From an uncultured delta proteobacterium (lineage in GTDB: Bacteria > Desulfobacterota > Desulfobacteria > Desulfobacterales > QNYZ01): a DNA stretch of 64,000 nucleotides. The notes below the pieces were generated by a model. That model did no database searches, was not told the DNA's origin, and saw only the letters and a list, made by a program, of their open reading frames with translations. Shown piece after piece: positions 40,448-49,202 of the stretch (positions are counted from its first letter, which is position 1; each line of letters begins with the position of its first letter). The stretch covers positions 185,223-249,222 of the forward strand of contig CAWJQU010000017.1 of assembly GCA_963845145.1 (NCBI GenBank), read 5' to 3'. The position numbers and the translations under genes are program-made.

Positions 40448-41131
40448 ATGATTAAGGTAACAGATGTTTATAAAACGTTTAAGTCCGGCAGAGGAAAGGT
40501 GGCGGCCTTAAAATCGGTCTCTTTTGGCGTCGAAGAGGGGAGAACGGTTGCCCTGGTGGGCAAATCGGGCTCCGGAAAGACAACTCTTTTAAACTGCATC
40601 GGCGGAATTGAATACCCTGATAGTGGAAATATCGTCTGTTTTGGGCAGAATATCCATACGCTTTCCACCAAAGCACTCGGCGCGTTCCAGCGTCAACATT
40701 TGGGATTTATTTTTCAGCATGGCAACCTGCTCTCCTCTCTTTCCGTATTTGACAATATCGCGTTTCCACTGACGTTAAACGATATGGGCAAAAAACAAAT
40801 CGAAAGACGGACCCGGGCGCTGATGGAAAAAATCGATTTGGTTGACGCCGGTAAAGCCAGGCCCCATGAATTGTCCGGCGGCGAAATTCAAAGGGTGGCC
40901 GCCGCCAGGGCACTGGTCCATTTACCCCGAATGATATTGGCTGATGAACCCACAGCCAGTCTTGACACGGATACGGGGAAACATTTGGTTAATCTTATGT
41001 TCGAGATCGGAAAAAAACAGGGGTGTACCATGATTATTTCAACTCACGACCCGGAGATTCGGCGTCTGGCTGGGAAGACGATTTACTTAAAAGACGGAAA
41101 GCGTATGGGGGAGAACGATGAAGGCTATTAA
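40448..41131 (+). CDS. LolD-like ABC ATP-binding protein
   Basis: GKSGSGKTT, GFIFQ, LSGGE, ADEPTASLD, STHD. Confidence 0.92.
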   Translation: MIKVTDVYKTFKSGRGKVAALKSVSFGVEEGRTVALVGKSGSGKTTLLNCIGGIEYPDSGNIVCFGQNIHTLSTKALGAFQRQHLGFIFQHGNLLSSLSVFDNIAFPLTLNDMGKKQIERRTRALMEKIDLVDAGKARPHELSGGEIQRVAAARALVHLPRMILADEPTASLDTDTGKHLVNLMFEIGKKQGCTMIISTHDPEIRRLAGKTIYLKDGKRMGENDEGY

Positions 41132-41360
41132 ATGGATGGTTTTGATTCTGGTCATATTCGTCAATCTGTCGGGATGTGCGTATCGATATTATATGGGCAT
41201 GCACGGCCCTTCGATTAAGGCCACCATGGATATACACGAGGGTGTTGTTGAAGATCGTGCGTGCCTAGAATGTCATCACCCTGAAATGGATCCGGAAGGT
41301 CCTCCCACCACACATCCTCATTTTAAGGGGTGCTTGAAGTGTCACAATGACAGTGAATAA
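41118..41360 (+). CDS. Small diheme c-type cytochrome lipoprotein
   Basis: Lipobox LSGC; CLECH and CLKCH; GGAG upstream; overlaps the ABC stop. Confidence 0.82.
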   Translation: MKAIKWMVLILVIFVNLSGCAYRYYMGMHGPSIKATMDIHEGVVEDRACLECHHPEMDPEGPPTTHPHFKGCLKCHNDSE

Positions 41361-41378
41361 CCGTTTTAAAAAAAATGC

Positions 41379-41425
41379 TTGACACGGTTTGGTTATTTAT
41401 TATAGTTCACACCATGAACTTTAAA
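41379..41425 (+). promoter_or_regulatory. Sigma70 promoter plus palindromic MarR-type operator over the marR start
   Basis: TTGACA (41379)-16 nt-TATAGT (41401); AGTTCA-N5-TGAACT palindrome; ATG 7 nt after the -10. Confidence 0.7.
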
Positions 41426-41893
41426 AAAGATAAAAATCATTACGTCGTTTCTGATCAGCAACTCGGCCAATTCCAGCAGTTAGTCACGAAATTATATCAA
41501 TGTTGCCAGGATCGAATGAAATATCAGTGTGAACGATTTCAGTTGCCCGACGCGGAGCTACGGTGTCTGGTCCTTTTTGGAGAGGAACGATACCTAACGC
41601 CCAAAGGCCTTGCGCATAAGATGAATATCGTTAAGAGCCGGATATCAAAGATAATTTCGGGATTACATGCCAAGGGACTCATTCAAAGGACCGCCGATCC
41701 GGAAGACTCGAGGGTGACCCTGCTTAGCCTGACACCCTTGGGGCAGAATAAGTTGAATGACATCCATACCTTCTTGGGGGATATGCATCTGGAAGTCCTA
41801 AAACAGATGGAACCCGAGCAGCGGCAGACTATGATGACGAATCTGGAGCTTTTAAAAGCGTCCATGGAGGCGGTCAAAGAGTTGATGGTCTAA
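41414..41893 (+). CDS. Cys-rich MarR-family regulator, probably leaderless (ORF track starts it at 41375)
   Basis: TPKGLA..MNIVKSRISKII..L..KGLIQR..DPEDSRV...LTPLG; QCCQ, QCE and RC cysteines. Confidence 0.88.
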   Translation: MNFKKDKNHYVVSDQQLGQFQQLVTKLYQCCQDRMKYQCERFQLPDAELRCLVLFGEERYLTPKGLAHKMNIVKSRISKIISGLHAKGLIQRTADPEDSRVTLLSLTPLGQNKLNDIHTFLGDMHLEVLKQMEPEQRQTMMTNLELLKASMEAVKELMV

Positions 41894-41905
41894 AAAATTT
41901 GGACT

Positions 41906-41930
41906 TATAGTTCATAAGGCGAACGTTAAA
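41906..41930 (+). promoter_or_regulatory. Second MarR-type operator, upstream of dsrE2
   Basis: TATAGTTCA-TAAGG-CGAACGTTAAA versus TATAGTTCA-CACCA-TGAACTTTAAA at 41401. Confidence 0.7.
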
Positions 41931-42003
41931 TGATATATTTTTACGTAACAATTAAATATAATTATAATAATTTGGTTGAAAACATAAATTAAAGGAGGCT
42001 CCG

Positions 42004-42549
42004 ATGTCAACGATAGAAGAACAGGTTGCCGAGTTAAAAGCCCAATTCGAAACGATGAACAATAAAACCCCGTCAAACAAATGTGCCATTATCGCTTTCA
42101 GCGGTGATTTGGATAAGACCCTCGCCGCTTTTATCATTGCCACGGGTGCCGTTGCCATGGGGATGGAAGTCGTGATGTTTTTTACCTTCTGGGGAACGCC
42201 GGTTTTGAGAGATAAAAATAAGAACGTCGGTGGCAAAGACACCATGGGCAAAATGTTTGGAACCATGTTGCCCAAGGGGCCCGAGAAGGTCAAACTATCC
42301 AAAATGAATATGGGCGGAATGGGCACCACCATGATGAAGGCGTTAATGAAAAAAAAGAACGTGGCCTCTTTGGAAGAGATGCTGGCTCTGGCCGAAGAGC
42401 TGGAAGTGAAAATTTTCATCTGTGAAATGTCCATGGATCTAATGGGATTCAAACGCGAAGAGATGATCGATTATAAAGGTTTGGAATACGCTGGTGTTGC
42501 GACCTTTTTAGCTGAAGCCAATGATAGCAGAATACAATTATTTATTTAA
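42004..42549 (+). CDS. DsrE2-like sulfur-relay protein
   Basis: FSGDLDK, MFFTFWG, LSKMNMGGMG, ICEMSMDLMG, GVATFL. Confidence 0.9.
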   Translation: MSTIEEQVAELKAQFETMNNKTPSNKCAIIAFSGDLDKTLAAFIIATGAVAMGMEVVMFFTFWGTPVLRDKNKNVGGKDTMGKMFGTMLPKGPEKVKLSKMNMGGMGTTMMKALMKKKNVASLEEMLALAEELEVKIFICEMSMDLMGFKREEMIDYKGLEYAGVATFLAEANDSRIQLFI

Positions 42550-42561
42550 AGGAGGACAATC

Positions 42562-42801
42562 ATGAACGAGATTAATGTTGTTAAAACCCTGGATTTAAAA
42601 GGTCTGGCGTGCCCCATGCCGGTTGTAAAAGTCAGCAAAGGGATCAAGGAGATTGAAATCGGCGAGGTATTAAAAGCGCTCACAACCGACCCCGGTTCGC
42701 TGACCGATTTCCCAGCCTGGGCCAAAACCAGCGGAAATGAAATACTCAAATCGGAACAGGAAGGCAACGAGATCAATTTTTACATCCAGCGTAAAAGTTA
42801 A
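42562..42801 (+). CDS. tusA: TusA-family sulfur carrier
   Basis: LDLKGLACPMP, TDPGS..DFPAWA. Confidence 0.92.
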   Translation: MNEINVVKTLDLKGLACPMPVVKVSKGIKEIEIGEVLKALTTDPGSLTDFPAWAKTSGNEILKSEQEGNEINFYIQRKS

Positions 42802-42834
42802 CATCTAAAGATAGCCAGGCAAGGTAGCAGACAG

Positions 42835-42857
42835 CGGGTGTCCGTCCGGGACACCCG
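42835..42857 (+). other. GC-rich intergenic hairpin without U-tract (possible mRNA stability or processing element)
   Basis: CGGGTGTCC-GTCCG-GGACACCCG between tusA and the NarI-like gene. Confidence 0.5.
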
Positions 42858-42881
42858 TACTCAACCGCAACCCTTTGGCCG

Positions 42882-43616
42882 TTGCTTGAAACCCGGGAGA
42901 ACGCCGTGCAATCGATATATTATTTTATCCTCGTGCCGATGGTTTATATTGCCATAGCCATTTTCACGATCGGTACAATCATTCGACTTATCGCCATTTT
43001 TAAAACGCCCAAACATCCCGCAACGTTACAAATCTATCCTGAAAAAAAAGCCAAGTGGCTCGGCGCAGTGTACGATACGTTCTTTTTTCCGACCGTATTA
43101 AAACACCGGCCGGTCCTTTGGGTTTTTTTGATATTGTTTCATTTCGGCCTTCTCCTGCTTATCATCGGGCATCTTGAACTGATATGGGACGTCGCTTTAT
43201 TCCAGATTATCCCCCACGAACCTTTCTTGGGCAATGGGTTTGTCGGGTTGGCTTTGGTGTTGTGCCTGTTATTTTTTATTTTTAGAAGGTTAAAGAGTCC
43301 TGTCAAGGAGTTGTCCGTTCCCGAAGATTTTTATTTGCTCATATTGCTTTTTTTAATCGTTTTGATGGGAAGCCAGATGGATTGGGCGAGAACGTGGTAT
43401 GAGTATGGTGAATTGACGGTTGAAGACTACCGCGATTATCTGACCAGTCTGATCGTTTTAAAACCGGAGTTACCATATAATACAACCTTTACGGGCCATT
43501 CCTTTATGCTGATACTGCATGTCTTTTTTGCAAATATTTTCCTTATTTTTTTTCCTTTCAGCCAAAGCATGCATTCGTTTTTGTCGTTACCCATTAATAA
43601 GTTGAGAAGAGGGTAG
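42882..43616 (+). CDS. NarI/DsrM-like membrane cytochrome b (start probably GTG 42906)
   Basis: About 5 TM; heme-b His pairs LFHFG...GH and LHVF...PFSQSMH. Confidence 0.82.
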   Translation: MLETRENAVQSIYYFILVPMVYIAIAIFTIGTIIRLIAIFKTPKHPATLQIYPEKKAKWLGAVYDTFFFPTVLKHRPVLWVFLILFHFGLLLLIIGHLELIWDVALFQIIPHEPFLGNGFVGLALVLCLLFFIFRRLKSPVKELSVPEDFYLLILLFLIVLMGSQMDWARTWYEYGELTVEDYRDYLTSLIVLKPELPYNTTFTGHSFMLILHVFFANIFLIFFPFSQSMHSFLSLPINKLRRG

Positions 43617-43618
43617 AA

Positions 43619-44893
43619 ATGGATCAGGAAACGCGCAACGAACTTCTGAAATTATTTAAAAGTAAATTAAACGAGGCCATGCGGCTGTATCTGGAGACGT
43701 GTACCCGATGCGGCGTTTGTGTCGAGGCGTGTCATGTGTATGCTTCGACAGGTAAAGTAGAGCATATTGCCGCCTATCGTGGTGAAATCATACGGCGGCT
43801 ATATAAGAAGTATTTCAAGGCCCGTGGCAAGTTCTGGCCGTCGGTGGGAGAAGCAAAAACGTTGGACGAGATGGCGTTGGATGATCTGTTTGAGGCGGCC
43901 TATTCCTGCACCGGTTGCCGGCGTTGCATGGTTTATTGCCCCTTTGGCATCGATACCCAAATGCTCATGTCGATTGCCAAGCTTTTGCTTGTCGGCGCCA
44001 ATACAGAACCGGAGATACTGACCCTTTTGGCGGACACGTCCATTGAAAAAGGAAAGTCCATTGATCTGTTCAAGGCAGGGTTTATGCAAGGGATTAAAAA
44101 CCTCGAGAAGGAGGTCGTCAAAAAATGGAAGGTCGAAGCCGGAGATACCGCGATACCTGTGGACGTAGAGGGTGCCGACCTCCTGTATGTGGCGCTGGCC
44201 GGCGCCCACTCGATTGTTCCGGCTGCTGCGATTTTTAATGCCTCGGGAGAAAAATGGACGTTGAGTTTTTTTGAGGCGGTTAACTTTGGTGCCTTTGTGG
44301 GCGATCCCTCAAAAACAAAGTTAATCCTTGACCGCATTATCAAAGAAGCCTTGCGTCTCAAGGTCAAAGAGGTCTGCATCTGCGAGTGTGGGACGGCCTT
44401 TCGGGTGATGAAACAGCAGGCGGGGGCGCAGCCCTTTAAAGTGAGTTCGGTAACCGAAGTCCATGCCAGATATCTTCGTGAAGGCCGCATTCACCTGGAC
44501 AAAACCAAATTCAATCAGGCGGTTACCTATCACGATCCTTGCCAGCTTGCCCGCAACGGGGGCGTTATGGATGAGCCCCGCTATTTGTTAAATCACCTGA
44601 CCGACAATTTCAAAGAGATGTCGCCTAAACCCGTTTATAACTGGTGTTGTGGTGGCGGGGGCGGATTGGTGGCGCTGGGCGAAGAGACCCATGATTTCAG
44701 AATGAAATCGTCACGGGTTAAGGTTGACCAGATTAAAAAGACGGGGGCCGAAATACTTGTCACGGCCTGTGAGAATTGTCATACCCAGCTCAGCAACCTG
44801 AATGATCATTACAAAATAGGCATGGAAGTGAAATTTCTCACGTCCCTGATTTCAGATGCCCTGGTCGCAAGCGACGCGACTGTTAACGTGTAA
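43619..44893 (+). CDS. HdrD/DsrK-like Fe-S, CCG-domain oxidoreductase
   Basis: CTRCGVCVEAC, CTGCRRCMVYCP, CECG, YHDPCQLAR, CCGGGGG, VTACENC. Confidence 0.88.
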   Translation: MDQETRNELLKLFKSKLNEAMRLYLETCTRCGVCVEACHVYASTGKVEHIAAYRGEIIRRLYKKYFKARGKFWPSVGEAKTLDEMALDDLFEAAYSCTGCRRCMVYCPFGIDTQMLMSIAKLLLVGANTEPEILTLLADTSIEKGKSIDLFKAGFMQGIKNLEKEVVKKWKVEAGDTAIPVDVEGADLLYVALAGAHSIVPAAAIFNASGEKWTLSFFEAVNFGAFVGDPSKTKLILDRIIKEALRLKVKEVCICECGTAFRVMKQQAGAQPFKVSSVTEVHARYLREGRIHLDKTKFNQAVTYHDPCQLARNGGVMDEPRYLLNHLTDNFKEMSPKPVYNWCCGGGGGLVALGEETHDFRMKSSRVKVDQIKKTGAEILVTACENCHTQLSNLNDHYKIGMEVKFLTSLISDALVASDATVNV

Positions 44894-44970
44894 GCGTTAA
44901 CACAAGAATTTATAATTTAATCTTCATAGTCGCGCACAATGAATACGAATCAAATATTTAGGAGGGAAGC

Positions 44971-46197
44971 ATGAAAAAACAGTTGAGCGTTGTGGGAATG
45001 ATCTGTCTTATGGTCTTTGCAGTAGCAAATCATGCCATTGCAACCAATGGTGACAACCTGATCGGCGTCGGACCGATTTCAAGGGCCATGGGCGGGGTTG
45101 GCGTGGCGGCACCCCAGGATTCCATCAGTTCCATTTTTGCAAACCCGGCCGCCATGTGTTTCGCCGCTTTTTGCCCCGGTTCGGAAGCCACTTTTTCCGG
45201 TACCTATTTCGACCCCACGGTTGACGGTAAAGTCGATCTTTCACGAATGGGGATGGGCAGCCACGCCGCCGATAGCCAGACAAAACCATTTGCCGTTCCG
45301 GCCATCGGTATCACCGCACCGTTAACAGCGAATTTGAGGATAGGGGTCGGTGCATATGGCGTGTCCGGTATGGGGGTCAATTACAAAGAAGAAGATCCGA
45401 TGTTTGGGGGCATGTACACCAAACTGGAGGTGATGAAGTTCGCACCCAATCTGGCCTATATGGTTACACCCGATTTTTCGATCGGCGCATCCATTAGCGT
45501 TGGCTATCAAAACCTTGATCTGGGGTCGGGTGGCGAACATGATTATGCCTATGGGGCACAGATCGGCGCCCTCTATCATGTCGGCATGATGAATCTCGGC
45601 CTCTCTTACATAACCCCCCAAAAGGTCACCCACGAAAATGTCTTTGATTTTAACGGCGATGGGGATTTTGATGACCTGGATCTCGAAGCGCCCCAAAGTT
45701 TAGCCTTTGGTATTTCTATGCAACCCAGCTCGTCCTTTTTGGTGGAGTTTGACACCAAATGGTACAACTGGTCCGATGCCGATGGCTATGATGACTTTGA
45801 CTGGGATGATCAGTTCGTTTTTGCCTTAGGCGCGCAGTATAAACCAACACCGGCCCTGTCGCTTCGAATGGGGTATAACTATGGGAAAAACCCGGTCAAT
45901 GAACACAACGGCTGGAATCCGGACTTCAGGGACCCCACCAACAGCGTCAATGTCCAAGGGACCAATATCAACCGCTATAATTATGAATTTTTCCGAATCA
46001 TAGGGTTTCCGGCCATCATCGAGCAGCATCTGACTTTTGGTGTGGGCTACGAGTTCACCAACCGAATTGCCTTGAACCTTTCCTATATGCACGGGTTCGA
46101 AGAGACCATCAGTGAGTCATCGGCCGGTGGGTTTGTCGATCTTGAATCCTCACTTAAAGAAGATTCATTAAGCTTTGGTATGACTGTCCGGTTTTAG
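44971..46197 (+). CDS. FadL/OmpP1-family outer-membrane channel
   Basis: Signal peptide; ATNG..LIGVG..SRAMGG, FANPA plug motif, LRMGYNYG, C-terminal Phe. Confidence 0.85.
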   Translation: MKKQLSVVGMICLMVFAVANHAIATNGDNLIGVGPISRAMGGVGVAAPQDSISSIFANPAAMCFAAFCPGSEATFSGTYFDPTVDGKVDLSRMGMGSHAADSQTKPFAVPAIGITAPLTANLRIGVGAYGVSGMGVNYKEEDPMFGGMYTKLEVMKFAPNLAYMVTPDFSIGASISVGYQNLDLGSGGEHDYAYGAQIGALYHVGMMNLGLSYITPQKVTHENVFDFNGDGDFDDLDLEAPQSLAFGISMQPSSSFLVEFDTKWYNWSDADGYDDFDWDDQFVFALGAQYKPTPALSLRMGYNYGKNPVNEHNGWNPDFRDPTNSVNVQGTNINRYNYEFFRIIGFPAIIEQHLTFGVGYEFTNRIALNLSYMHGFEETISESSAGGFVDLESSLKEDSLSFGMTVRF

Positions 46198-46230
46198 CCG
46201 GCTATTAAAAGAGAAAATTACATAGAGTAG

Positions 46231-46279
46231 AAGGGCGAATTATTTTTTTCTGATTCAAGAGAGTAATTCGCCCTTTTTT
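46231..46279. terminator. Inverted repeat between the convergent fadL-like gene and proC (probable terminator)
   Basis: AAGGGCGAATTA ... TAATTCGCCCTT followed by a T-run. Confidence 0.6.
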
Positions 46280-46310
46280 CTTAAAAGATGATTCTTTAGA
46301 CCTGCAGTTA

Positions 46311-47159
46311 TTAATTTTTAGAATTGATGAAGTCTTCATCAATAATCCGGCCCAACTCTTTGGAGCGTAACGTTGCCGCTTCGACAGCATTAATAATTGT
46401 CGTACGCAGGCCGCCCTTTTCAAGGGTGTGCAGGCCGGCAATGGCGGTACCGCCCGGAGAAGTCACCTGATCCTTGAGCAACCCCGGATGTTCTCCGGTT
46501 TCTATCAGCATTTTCGCCGATCCGAGCACGGTTTGGGCGGATAGGGCCAGGGCATCCCCACGGTACAGACCCATCTTGACGCCGGCATCGGCCATGGCAT
46601 CGATAATAAGGAAAATATAGGCCGGACCACTGCCGCTCAAGCCTGTAATGGCGTCCATGAGGATATTTTCACCAATAAATATGCTGGTTCCGACCGAATC
46701 AAAAATTGTTTTAGCCAGCTCAACATCCCCATCTTTGACATGATTGCCGGCAGCGACGGCCGCGGCTCCCATACCCACCGAGGCACAAATATTGGGCATT
46801 ACCCGAATGAGGCGAAGCTCTTTCTCTAGTTTGGACTCGATGGCTTGCAGAGACACACCGGCCGCTATGGAAATAACCAATTTATCCATATCTAGCGCTT
46901 CGGCTGTCTCTTTAAGTACGGCCGCCAGAATCTGAGGCTTTACCGCATAAATAACGATATCGGATTTTTTAACCGCCGCCAAATTGTCGGACATTGTCTG
47001 AACGCCGAACTCTTCCCGTAATCGATCCAACTGGGATTCCCGAATATCCGTGCAGATCAGATTTTCCGGGCGGGCGGTTTTTGATCGAATGAGTCCGCTT
47101 AACAACGCTTGGCCCATGTTGCCGGTTCCGATCAGGCTGATGATTTTATCTTTTAACAT
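46311..47159 (-). CDS. proC: Pyrroline-5-carboxylate reductase
   Basis: IGTGNMG, AVKPQ, SIAAG, RVMPN, GSGPAY, VTSPGGT. Confidence 0.96.
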   Translation of the reverse strand: MLKDKIISLIGTGNMGQALLSGLIRSKTARPENLICTDIRESQLDRLREEFGVQTMSDNLAAVKKSDIVIYAVKPQILAAVLKETAEALDMDKLVISIAAGVSLQAIESKLEKELRLIRVMPNICASVGMGAAAVAAGNHVKDGDVELAKTIFDSVGTSIFIGENILMDAITGLSGSGPAYIFLIIDAMADAGVKMGLYRGDALALSAQTVLGSAKMLIETGEHPGLLKDQVTSPGGTAIAGLHTLEKGGLRTTIINAVEAATLRSKELGRIIDEDFINSKN

Positions 47160-47194
47160 ATGGTGCCTCGTAGATGGTTTCCTAAGAAAAAAAA

Positions 47195-47292
47195 TGGCGG
47201 AAGTGCATGGGAATCGAACCCACCCGGGACGGGTTTAGCGCCCCACACCGGATTTGAAGTCCGGGAGCCCCACCAGTGAGCTGCGCACTTCC
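47195..47292 (-). tRNA. selC: tRNA-Sec(TCA)
   Basis: 8-bp acceptor stem GGAAGTGC/GCACTTCC, CCGGA-CTTCAAA-TCCGG anticodon arm, long variable arm, ends GCCA, 98 nt. Confidence 0.95.
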
Positions 47293-47464
47293 GCGAGGAA
47301 AGCGTACTATAAGAGAGAGGTTTCAATTTTGTCAATAATTTTGTATCTTATTTTATACCTGTGCAGACGATTAAATTACAGTGGGCACACGATCAAAAAC
47401 AGTATAAACAATACTGAAACAGTTCAATAAATAGCATTCAACGAAATAGAAAAGAGAAATTCTT

Positions 47465-48673
47465 ATGCATGTGCATTTTGATTGCTTCGCCGGGATCAGC
47501 GGCGATATGACCCTCGGTGCCCTGATAGACCTGGGTGTGCCGGTGGACTGGCTGGTAGAACAGATTCGATCGATTCCACTATCGGAATTTGAGTTTGAAG
47601 CCACAAGAACCCTTCGGCATGGGATCAGTGCCCAGAGAGTAAAAGTCCATCCCTCTTTGAATTCCCAAACACGCACATGGGCGACCATACGTGAGTTGAT
47701 TGAGACAAGCCCTTTGTCAGACGTGGTAAAAAAACGGAGCCTCTCCATTTTTGAGCGGCTGGCTGTTGCGGAAGCCGGCATTCATCACACGACACCGGAA
47801 AAAATACATTTTCATGAATTGGGGGGTGTGGACGCAATTGTGGATATCGTCGGCACAGCCCTTTGCGTCGATCAATTGGGAATCCAAAGTGTCAGCGCTT
47901 CGGCCATTGCCCTTGGCCGTGGTCTGGTAAAATGCCGACATGGCAGGCTGCCCGTTCCGAGCCCGGCGACAGCCGCTATATTAAAGGACATTCCCGTTTA
48001 TGGCACGGACATCGAATATGAATTGACCACACCGACCGGGGCCGCCATCGTGGCTACCCTGGCACAGGATTTCGGGGTTATTCCGGAAATGACCATTAAT
48101 AAGGTAGGCTATGGGGCCGGTAAACGTGATCATGAGACGATAGCCAATGTGTTGCGGGTTTTCGCGGGAAATCGAGACATCCGGCGAAACAGGAAAGAAA
48201 CATCCGGGCTACAGACTGAATCCCTCATTATGATTGAGACCGCTATCGATGACATGAACCCGGAATTTTACGGGTATCTAATGGAGCGATTGTTTCAAGA
48301 CGGTGCTCTGGATGTCTGCTGGATACCGATACATATGAAAAAAAGCCGACCCGGTACGCTGGTTCAGGTGTTGTGCCGGCCGGATAAAAAACCTGCTTTG
48401 GCAAACCGGCTGTTAGGCGAGACCACCACCTTGGGGGTTCGATCCTATCCGGTTCAGCGTGAATCACTCCACCGTGAAAAGGTCGAAATCGTCACCTCAT
48501 ATGGGACGGTGTCGGCTAAAAGGATCGTAGGGCTTAATGGGGATATCCGTCTGATACCTGAATATGAGTCGTGCCGCAACATTGCGATGGCACGCGATTT
48601 GTCGATTCGAACGGTATTTGAACGTTTGCAACAGGAGATGACAGCTTATCTCCAAACCGCCGGCCGCGAGTAA
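47465..48673 (+). CDS. larC: Nickel-pincer cofactor biosynthesis protein LarC
   Basis: DCFAGISGDMTLGAL, IHFHELGGVDAIVDI, ELTTPTG, ETAIDDMNPE, MKKSRPG, ETTTLGVR, PEYE. Confidence 0.92.
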   Translation: MHVHFDCFAGISGDMTLGALIDLGVPVDWLVEQIRSIPLSEFEFEATRTLRHGISAQRVKVHPSLNSQTRTWATIRELIETSPLSDVVKKRSLSIFERLAVAEAGIHHTTPEKIHFHELGGVDAIVDIVGTALCVDQLGIQSVSASAIALGRGLVKCRHGRLPVPSPATAAILKDIPVYGTDIEYELTTPTGAAIVATLAQDFGVIPEMTINKVGYGAGKRDHETIANVLRVFAGNRDIRRNRKETSGLQTESLIMIETAIDDMNPEFYGYLMERLFQDGALDVCWIPIHMKKSRPGTLVQVLCRPDKKPALANRLLGETTTLGVRSYPVQRESLHREKVEIVTSYGTVSAKRIVGLNGDIRLIPEYESCRNIAMARDLSIRTVFERLQQEMTAYLQTAGRE

Positions 48674-48723
48674 ATGGCTCTAGTTTTCTTGACAAAACCA
48701 CCCCCAATCGATAATCACGGTAA

Positions 48724-49185
48724 ATGGCATTTTCCCGGCAAATGAACCTGGCATTGGCCACCGGTGGTTTTATCGGTCGGCTTCCATGGGCTCCGGGAAC
48801 TTTCGGCAGTTTGCTGGCCTTGCCGCTCTGTTTTGTACTGGCTTATCTGCCCTTTATTGTCGCTACACTTTTTATCGCTGTCTTTACCGTGGCCGCTATT
48901 GCCATTGCCGGATCAGCAGAGACCATGCTCGGTGCGAAGGATCCGGGCTGTATCGTTATCGACGAAGTGGCTGGGCAAATGGTGGCATTGTTGGGTTTGC
49001 CGTTTAATTTTCCATTTGTTCTGGGGGGCTTTGTTGCCTTTAGGTTTTTTGATATCGTCAAGCCATTTCCCATTCGGTGGCTGGAAAAACGGCTGCCTGG
49101 TGGTATTGGTATCGTGGCGGATGATATTGTGGCCGGGTTGATGGCCAATGTGGTTTTAAGAATAGTGTTGGTATGTCTATCATGA
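48724..49185 (+). CDS. pgpA: Phosphatidylglycerophosphatase A
   Basis: APGTFGS, DPG.IVIDEVAG, FRFFDIVKPFPI, GIVADD. Confidence 0.95.
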   Translation: MAFSRQMNLALATGGFIGRLPWAPGTFGSLLALPLCFVLAYLPFIVATLFIAVFTVAAIAIAGSAETMLGAKDPGCIVIDEVAGQMVALLGLPFNFPFVLGGFVAFRFFDIVKPFPIRWLEKRLPGGIGIVADDIVAGLMANVVLRIVLVCLS

Positions 49186-49202
49186 AAGGTAAATGATAAA
49201 AT

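Noticed and set aside
42004..44893. Selenoproteins in the sulfur module, given nearby selC
   Set aside because: No in-frame TGA at catalytic Cys positions; ORFs appear full length
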